Of a stretch of 49,910 bases of DNA, positions 34,603 through 40,744 are shown one piece after another. How positions within the stretch are numbered: position 1 is the first letter of the stretch; each line of letters opens with the position of its first letter. The DNA lies in contig JAGQOZ010000001.1 of the NCBI GenBank assembly GCA_020426955.1, forward strand, positions 1 to 49,910. The letters are read 5' to 3'. This DNA comes from Planctomycetales bacterium. Lineage in GTDB: Bacteria; Planctomycetota; Planctomycetia; Pirellulales; Pirellulaceae. A model generated the notes under the pieces. It made no database searches. It was not told the origin of the DNA and was given only the letters and a program-made list of their open reading frames with translations. The translations under genes and the position numbers were made by a program.

Positions 34603-35505
34603 ATGTCTGTTGACCAGGAAGCCACCGTCACGAGCTCGCGGATGGCAGACTATGTGGAGCTGACCAAGCCTAAGATTTTAGTGCTGGTGTTAGTGACCGT
34701 TAGTCTCGCCACAGTCATCGGTGCTGGTTCGAACCTGGTGCTCTGGACTTGGCTGCATGCGTTGATTGGAACGACATTGGTCGCGTCGAGTGCCAGTATG
34801 CTAAACCAATTGTTCGAAGTCAGTACTGACGCTCGAATGCCACGTACCAGCAAGCGTCCACTGCCGATGGGGCGTTTGATGCGATGGGAAGTGCTTGGTT
34901 TAGCAACACTGACGGTTTGCATTGGTATGCCGTATTTGTGGTTTAATGTTGGCTTGGCCGCTGCGTTTTGGGCGTTTGCCACCTGGAGCCTGTACGCGTT
35001 TGTCTACACTCCGGCAAAGACCAGAACGTCCTGGAACACGGCCATTGGTGCCATTCCAGGAGCGTTGCCTGTACTGATCGGCTGGTCTGCGGCGGGACGA
35101 ACACTGGATTTCACCGGGGCAATGGTCTTTGCCATCATGTTTTGCTGGCAGTTTCCTCATTTCATGGCCATCGCATGGCTATACCGACAACATTACCAAG
35201 CGGCCGATGTGAAAATGTTGACCGTTACCGATCCGACAGGAAAGTCTGCAGGACGCCTGGCAATCGGAATGGCGGTAGCAACATTACTGGCGGCGGTCGC
35301 TGCGGGCGGCACAATTACCAGTTCCATCGGACTATTCGGATACGTCGCGGTGTCAATGGCATTAGGCGTATACCAGCTTTACCTGTCCATTCAATTTTCG
35401 AAGAATCTAAACGAAGGTGCGGCTCGTTCGCTGCTTCGATTTTCACTTGTGTATTTGCCACTGCAACTTGCCAGTTTGACTTTGGCCAGTGTGATAGTGA
35501 TCTAG
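34603..35505 (+). CDS. ctaB: protohaem IX farnesyltransferase (haem O synthase)
   Basis: YVELTKPKILVLVLVT, the UbiA-type motifs NQLFEVSTDARMPRTSKRPLP, and FCWQFPHFMAIAWLYRQHY. ATG 34603 lies 11 nt after the ctaA stop. Confidence 0.9.
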   Translation: MSVDQEATVTSSRMADYVELTKPKILVLVLVTVSLATVIGAGSNLVLWTWLHALIGTTLVASSASMLNQLFEVSTDARMPRTSKRPLPMGRLMRWEVLGLATLTVCIGMPYLWFNVGLAAAFWAFATWSLYAFVYTPAKTRTSWNTAIGAIPGALPVLIGWSAAGRTLDFTGAMVFAIMFCWQFPHFMAIAWLYRQHYQAADVKMLTVTDPTGKSAGRLAIGMAVATLLAAVAAGGTITSSIGLFGYVAVSMALGVYQLYLSIQFSKNLNEGAARSLLRFSLVYLPLQLASLTLASVIVI

Positions 35506-35526
35506 TCAAAGGAATTGAAAACCAAA

Positions 35527-36717
35527 ATGTCTCACGATACCGACCAACACGATCATGGGCATGTGCATTTGGAATATCAGCCTGCATTGCCGCTACCCAA
35601 CGGCAAGCTCTGCCTTTGGTTATTTCTTTCCACGGAAATCATGTTTTTTGCCGGACTAATCGGAACGTATATCGTCTTGCGTTTTGGTGCTCCTGCTTGG
35701 CCCGCTCCGGCTGACGTGCATTTGAGCGAACCGATTGGTGCGTTCAACACGTTTGTGCTGATTTGCTCCAGCGTTTCCATTGTCCTTTGCCTGGAAGCCG
35801 CCAAAGCGAACAAAACGGGACAAGCCAAACTAATGCTGTGGATCACGTTTGCTTTGGGAAGTTTGTTCCTGGGAGTAAAAGCGTATGAGTACAGCGCCAA
35901 GTTTGCTCATGGCATCTATCCGAAGCGGCCTCGTAGTTTGCTTTATGAAAAAGCGGATGTCACCTATGCGGCTGCGGTCCGTAAAACATTAATGGACCGA
36001 CGGATTGCGTTGGAGAACGAAAAGTCACATCTCCAGGAGAACGAACAGGACATTCCTGCGCATTTGGACGAAGAGATTAGCCAAGCTTCCATGTTGGAAT
36101 CGGGGCTTGCCACTTGGACCGAACGCAGAGTAGCGCAAGCCGATTCACCTGCCATGCAACAGCAGTTATTGGACGGCCTTGCCAATTCCATCTACGCGGG
36201 TCATGGCGGCGGTCCCAGTTCGGAAGTGATTGATCAGGAACTTGCGGAGTTGGCGACGCAAGAATCTGAAGTCGAACAACAGTTGCGGGATCTGTCAAAG
36301 GAGCAGTTGGAGCTGGAAGAGAAGACAGCAGCGGGTGAAGATCATTCCGAGCGATTGGCCGAGATTACTTCGCTCAGCACTTCGTTGCCCAATGACAAGG
36401 CGCTGATTGCGGATCGGGTTGGGACTTTGGAGTTACTCAAGAATGCCGAGCACGGACTGAACGAGTATTTTCATGAAGAGGGAAGTTCGCTCATTCTTCC
36501 GATGCGAATTCCGGGTGGAAACATGTGGGCCAGTACCTACTTTTTGTTGACTGGTTTCCACGCAATCCACGTGATTGTCGGGTTGATTCTGTTTGGTTTG
36601 ATCTTGGGAAAAACACTGGATAAGTCGAAGGCCAACTTTATCGAAAACACGGGCCTTTACTGGCACTTTGTGGACCTCGTCTGGATTTTCCTGTTTCCGT
36701 TGTTGTACTTGTTCTAA
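35527..36717 (+). CDS. ctaE: cytochrome c oxidase subunit III with a ~200-aa soluble insertion
   Basis: [28 protein letters not shown] and then, after the insertion, [23 protein letters not shown] and [20 protein letters not shown] are subunit III hallmarks. His-rich N-terminus [14 protein letters not shown]. Confidence 0.85.
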   Translation: MSHDTDQHDHGHVHLEYQPALPLPNGKLCLWLFLSTEIMFFAGLIGTYIVLRFGAPAWPAPADVHLSEPIGAFNTFVLICSSVSIVLCLEAAKANKTGQAKLMLWITFALGSLFLGVKAYEYSAKFAHGIYPKRPRSLLYEKADVTYAAAVRKTLMDRRIALENEKSHLQENEQDIPAHLDEEISQASMLESGLATWTERRVAQADSPAMQQQLLDGLANSIYAGHGGGPSSEVIDQELAELATQESEVEQQLRDLSKEQLELEEKTAAGEDHSERLAEITSLSTSLPNDKALIADRVGTLELLKNAEHGLNEYFHEEGSSLILPMRIPGGNMWASTYFLLTGFHAIHVIVGLILFGLILGKTLDKSKANFIENTGLYWHFVDLVWIFLFPLLYLF

Positions 36718-36759
36718 TTTGAACTGAATCGAAACCAATCCTTTTATGGGACTTCAATA

Positions 36760-37182
36760 ATGTCAGATCATCACGCACACGACGACCATTCCCACGGTGG
36801 CACCGGCACTTACCTGACCGTGTTCGGGTGCCTTGTGGCTTTAACCGCAACGTCTGTCATTCTCGCTCAATCAAGCTTGATGGACAGCAGTCCCGGTGTG
36901 GCTTGGGCTGGCATGATGGCCGTGTCGTGTGGCAAAGCCATGCTGGTGATCATGTTCTTCATGCATTTGAAATGGGAAGCCAACTGGAAATACGTGTTGA
37001 CCATTCCTGCCATGATGATGTCAGTGTTCTTGGTTTGCATGTTGGTTCCCGATGTTGGGCGACGACAACGCATGTATTCGGAGGAACGCTGGACCTTTGC
37101 TGCTCAACCGGCACCAGAACATCACGGCGCGGACGGCGATACGCATTCCGGCCACAGTTCGGACGCCGATCATTCCCATTAA
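36760..37182 (+). CDS. ctaF: cytochrome c oxidase subunit IV (prokaryotic COX4_pro-type) with His/Asp-rich termini
   Basis: YLTVFGCLVALTATSVILA and KAMLVIMFFMHLKWE are the family core, with 3 TMs. Termini are MSDHHAHDDHSHGG and PEHHGADGDTHSGHSSDADHSH. Confidence 0.7.
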   Translation: MSDHHAHDDHSHGGTGTYLTVFGCLVALTATSVILAQSSLMDSSPGVAWAGMMAVSCGKAMLVIMFFMHLKWEANWKYVLTIPAMMMSVFLVCMLVPDVGRRQRMYSEERWTFAAQPAPEHHGADGDTHSGHSSDADHSH

Positions 37183-37202
37183 TTCGCGAGTTTACTGATC
37201 CA

Positions 37203-38123
37203 ATGTCTGTCATGGTGAATGTTGATTCACTTTCACACCGCTATGGTGAACGACAGGCATTGTCCAATTTGACTCTGTCGGTTCCGGACGGTGAAATTTT
37301 TGCGGTCCTAGGCCCCAACGGCGGCGGCAAAACCACGTTTTTTCGGCTGCTTTCTACATTGATGCCCATCCAGTCGGGGCGAATTCAGGTTGCCAACCTG
37401 GACGTGACTGCGCAAACACATCTGGTTCGCCAGCGAATTGGTGTCGTGTTTCAGTCGCCCAGCTTGGACAAAAAGCTTACCGTTTTGGAAAACCTGCGTC
37501 ATCAAGCGTCGCTGTATGGAATTCGAGGCCAATTACTGCGTCACCGAGAAGCCGAATTAATGCGAAGTCTGGGCATTACGGATCGAGCCAACGAGCGAAC
37601 TGAAAAACTCTCCGGCGGACTTCGCCGTCGCGTCGAATTGGCCAAGGGATTGCTGCATCATCCGCAGTTGCTGATTCTGGACGAACCGAGTACTGGATTG
37701 GATCCCGGCGTACGAGCTGATTTGTGGAACTACTTGGGAAAACTCCGGAACGAAGCCGGTGTCACTATCCTGTTCACGACACATCTTTTGGAAGAGGCGG
37801 AACGAGCGGATCGGATCGCCATTTTTCACCAAGGATGCCTTGTTGCGAATGATTCACCGGAGAATCTGCGAGCTTCCGTTGGCGGAGATTCCATTCAAAT
37901 TGAATGCACCGAACCGCAACAACTGGGCGAGTGTATTGCCGCCCAATTTGGTCTTCAGCCGCAAGTTATTGATTCGACCATTCGCTTGGAAGTTCCCAAT
38001 GGCCATCGCTTGGTTAGTGAGCTGATGCAACAATTTGGCAAACGAATCCATGCCATTCGTCTTGGAAAACCTTCGTTGGAAGATGTTTTTATTTCCAAGA
38101 CGGGACACCATTTTTGGGAATAA
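37203..38123 (+). CDS. ABC transporter ATP-binding protein (ABC-2 / NosF/CcmA-like subfamily)
   Basis: Walker A GPNGGGKTT, signature LSGGLRRR, Walker B LLILDEPSTGLD, H-loop TTHLLEE. ATG 37203. The longer ORF from 36828 overlaps ctaF out of frame. Confidence 0.9.
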   Translation: MSVMVNVDSLSHRYGERQALSNLTLSVPDGEIFAVLGPNGGGKTTFFRLLSTLMPIQSGRIQVANLDVTAQTHLVRQRIGVVFQSPSLDKKLTVLENLRHQASLYGIRGQLLRHREAELMRSLGITDRANERTEKLSGGLRRRVELAKGLLHHPQLLILDEPSTGLDPGVRADLWNYLGKLRNEAGVTILFTTHLLEEAERADRIAIFHQGCLVANDSPENLRASVGGDSIQIECTEPQQLGECIAAQFGLQPQVIDSTIRLEVPNGHRLVSELMQQFGKRIHAIRLGKPSLEDVFISKTGHHFWE

Positions 38124-38142
38124 CAAAAGACGCGGAACTGTC

Positions 38143-38970
38143 ATGTCTTCATCCTACCCATCCGGTCAACTTGCTATCGCCAGTCCATGGCGTGTTGCCT
38201 TTCAGTTGGCAAAACGCGAGATTGTTCGATTCTTTCGGCAAAAAAACCGTGTTGTCGGCGCAGTCGGACAGCCCGTCTTGTTTTGGCTGCTGTTTGGAAC
38301 TGGATTGAATCAGAGTTTTCAAATGCAAGGACAGTCGTTTAGCGAATATTATGTGCCTGGCACCATTGTACTGATCCTGTTGTTCACCGCTATTTTCTCC
38401 ACCATTTCCATTATCGAAGATCGCAATGAAGGCTTCTTGCAATCGGTCTTGGTAGCGCCAATTCCAACGTGGTCAATGGTCTTGGGAAAGGTGCTGGGCG
38501 GCACGCTGATTGCATTAATCCAAGCAATCCTGTTTCTTGCGCTTTCGCTGTTGCTGGTTTCCCAGATTTCCGTCGTGGGCATCGCCCTTTCGATTGTGTA
38601 CATGACCTTGATTGCTATCGGCTTGACATGCTTGGGTTTTGTTCTGGCTTGGAAACTAGATTCCACTCAGGGGTTTCACGCCATCATGAGCGTGCTGCTA
38701 ATGCCTATGTGGCTGCTATCCGGCGCATTTTTTCCGATTCCCGACGTGCAGACTCAGCTTACGATGGGCGAAAAGATCTTGCGAATCGTCATGCTATTGA
38801 ATCCCACCACATACGCGGTGGCTGGACTACGACGTGTATTCATCGAACAATCCAATGCATGGATGCCCAGTGTCACGCTTTGCTGGACCGTGACAATTTT
38901 ATTCGGGTCAATCATGTTTGCAGCGGCAACCGCAATTGCTCGAACTCGCACCGCAGGAGATTTAAAATGA
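38143..38970 (+). CDS. ABC-2 type transporter permease
   Basis: ATG 38143. About 6 TM helices. REIVRFFRQKNRVVGAVGQPVLFWLLFG and IIEDRNEGFLQSVLVAP are typical ABC-2 permease blocks. Confidence 0.8.
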   Translation: MSSSYPSGQLAIASPWRVAFQLAKREIVRFFRQKNRVVGAVGQPVLFWLLFGTGLNQSFQMQGQSFSEYYVPGTIVLILLFTAIFSTISIIEDRNEGFLQSVLVAPIPTWSMVLGKVLGGTLIALIQAILFLALSLLLVSQISVVGIALSIVYMTLIAIGLTCLGFVLAWKLDSTQGFHAIMSVLLMPMWLLSGAFFPIPDVQTQLTMGEKILRIVMLLNPTTYAVAGLRRVFIEQSNAWMPSVTLCWTVTILFGSIMFAAATAIARTRTAGDLK

Positions 38971-39692
38971 AGAGTTTCCAATTCTGGTTGACGGCCGCAT
39001 GTGGTTTGACGTTTTTACTCTTATCCGGTTGCAATCGTTCGCCCATCACAGAAGGGGGCAGCATATCCGTTCCTGACGATGAATACGTCCCGCCAGAGGG
39101 GATCCTGACGGAGTTCCAACTGACCGATCAGCAAGGAAAGCCCTTTGATTCCAAATCCTTGCAGGGGCAAGTTTGGATTGGCAGTGTCTTCTTTTCAAAA
39201 TGCCCGACGTCTTGTTTTCAACAAAACGTTCGTGTGGGCAACGTGCAACGGCAGTTTCAAGACCAAGGCCTGAAAGTCATTAGCGTTACGTGCGACCCCA
39301 AGACGGATACGCCCGGTGCACTTTGGGAATACGCAAAGAAATTCGATGCCAACCCGGACGTTTGGTACTTCTTGACCGATCAACATTTCGAATATCTCAA
39401 GAAGGTAGCCAATGATATTCTTCGGCTACCGATGCAAGAATACACGCATTCTGATCAAGTCGTTTTGTTTGACCGAAAAGGAGAAATCTACGGTACGTAT
39501 GCCGTACTGCAGCCAAAACAGGCGCTGCAGCTAAAAAAGGATATCGCCAAACTACTTGGTCAAAGCGAAGCCGAACCGGACGTAGATTCGGAATTTGAAG
39601 GTTTCAATGCCGAGGACGCTGGGCCGGCGGTCGAAACGGACGAATCCGAATCGGGTGACGCCGCTGATGCCAATAGCGATACAGGAGCGTAA
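38967..39692 (+). CDS. SCO1/SenC-family copper chaperone (thioredoxin fold) lipoprotein with an acidic tail
   Basis: ATGA overlap with the permease stop. Lipobox LLLSGC. The C-x3-C motif FFSKCPTSC and downstream His (EYTHSDQVVLFD) match SCO Cu ligands. The C-terminal tail is D/E-rich. Confidence 0.8.
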   Translation: MKSFQFWLTAACGLTFLLLSGCNRSPITEGGSISVPDDEYVPPEGILTEFQLTDQQGKPFDSKSLQGQVWIGSVFFSKCPTSCFQQNVRVGNVQRQFQDQGLKVISVTCDPKTDTPGALWEYAKKFDANPDVWYFLTDQHFEYLKKVANDILRLPMQEYTHSDQVVLFDRKGEIYGTYAVLQPKQALQLKKDIAKLLGQSEAEPDVDSEFEGFNAEDAGPAVETDESESGDAADANSDTGA

Positions 39693-39695
39693 TTC

Positions 39696-40142
39696 GTGTC
39701 CGAAGAATTCGTTCGCCAATTCCCGCATGTCAACGCGTCTCTAAACCTGTTATCAACCATCCTGTTGATCGTAGGTTACCGCCAAATTCGGCGAGGCAAC
39801 GAACGTCAACACAAACAGACGATGCTGGCTTGCTTTGGCGTGTCAGTGCTGTTTTTAGTCTGTTACCTGATCTATCATTCATACCATCTGACCACAAAAT
39901 TTCCGGACTATCCTCCGGCTGTTGTCCGATACATCTACTTGGGAATCCTAGCTACGCATGTCATCTTGGCAGCGGCAGTTCCGTTCCTAGCCGTGGCCAC
40001 CATCTACCTGGGCCTAAAAGATAAACGGACGGCGCATCGGCGAGTTGCCAAGTTCACTTTCCCAATCTGGCTGTATGTTTCCATCACCGGAGTTGTCGTC
40101 TATTTAATGCTGTATCAACTGTTTCCCGTTCAAGGCGGATAG
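39696..40142 (+). CDS. DUF420 membrane protein (CtaM-like oxidase accessory factor)
   Basis: FPHVNASLNLLSTILLIVGYRQIRRGNERQHKQTMLACFGVSVLFLVCYLIYH fits the DUF420 pattern. 4 TMs. GTG start 3 nt after the SCO stop. Confidence 0.75.
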   Translation: MSEEFVRQFPHVNASLNLLSTILLIVGYRQIRRGNERQHKQTMLACFGVSVLFLVCYLIYHSYHLTTKFPDYPPAVVRYIYLGILATHVILAAAVPFLAVATIYLGLKDKRTAHRRVAKFTFPIWLYVSITGVVVYLMLYQLFPVQGG

Positions 40143-40191
40143 CCTATACTTCATGGGTTGTCATTTTTTGCGCCAGAGAGTGAGATTGGAC

Positions 40192-40479
40192 ATGTTTGAT
40201 TGTCGCCCTGCCGTCCATCGCCAACTATTTTCAATCGTATTTGTCTTGGCGATTGCCTCGGGAGTATCCGCATGTCCTAATTGCAAGAATGCAATAGCGG
40301 AGAATGGCGGCAACTTGATCCAAGGATATTTCTGGAGCATTTGCTTCATGATGTCCATGCCGTTTATCATCCTTGGAAGCCTGAGCGGCTATTTTTACCT
40401 GCAGGTCTTGAAGGCTCGCAAAGACCCAGCGTCCACGTTCACGGTTTCCGTCAAAGCCGCTGAAAAGACGTCCGTTTAG
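40192..40479 (+). CDS. small (95 aa) membrane protein with an exposed CPNC (CxxC) motif
   Basis: MFDCRPAVHRQLFSIVFVLAIASGVSACPNCKNAIA is a signal/anchor followed immediately by CxxC. A second TM is FWSICFMMSMPFIILGSLSGYFYL. It is the last + strand gene of the cluster. Confidence 0.5.
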   Translation: MFDCRPAVHRQLFSIVFVLAIASGVSACPNCKNAIAENGGNLIQGYFWSICFMMSMPFIILGSLSGYFYLQVLKARKDPASTFTVSVKAAEKTSV

Positions 40480-40513
40480 ATCGATGAAAAGCTCGGTCGC
40501 TGTTCCATTCGGT

Positions 40514-40744
40514 TCACAGCATTTCTGGTTCTGACTCGGACTCCACGTCTACTTCAAATACTTCGCCTTCAAAGCGAACCACGTCACCCACAACCAGCTT
40601 ACGCCGCCGCCGAACCTCCACCTCGTCATTCACAAGCACCTGCCCAGCTTGGATCGCTTGCTTGGCCTGACCGCCGGTGGCAAACAGGCCGCAGAGTTTC
40701 AGAAACTGGTCCAGTCGAATGGAATTCTCTGTTTTATCATTCAT
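40514..40744 (-). CDS. S4-domain RNA-binding protein (YbcJ-like, ribosome-associated)
   Basis: IRLDQFLKLCGLFATGGQAKQAIQAGQVLVNDEVEVRRRRKLVVGDVVRFEGEVFEV aligns with what I remember of E. coli YbcJ (LCDLLKLEGWSESGAQAKIAIAEGQVKVDGAVETRKRCKIVAGQTV). Confidence 0.75.
   Translation of the reverse strand: MNDKTENSIRLDQFLKLCGLFATGGQAKQAIQAGQVLVNDEVEVRRRRKLVVGDVVRFEGEVFEVDVESESEPEML

Noticed and set aside
34968-35714. 248-aa + ORF in another frame across the ctaB/ctaE junction
   Set aside because: It overlaps two well-supported genes out of frame and has an Arg/Gly/Cys-rich shadow composition.
36828-37202. N-terminal 125 codons of ORF 36828..38123; likewise 38035..38142 and 38469..38966 for the next two ORFs
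   Set aside because: These extensions overlap the preceding genes (ctaF, the ABC ATPase and the permease) out of frame. The recognisable domains begin at internal ATGs 37203, 38143 and 38967.
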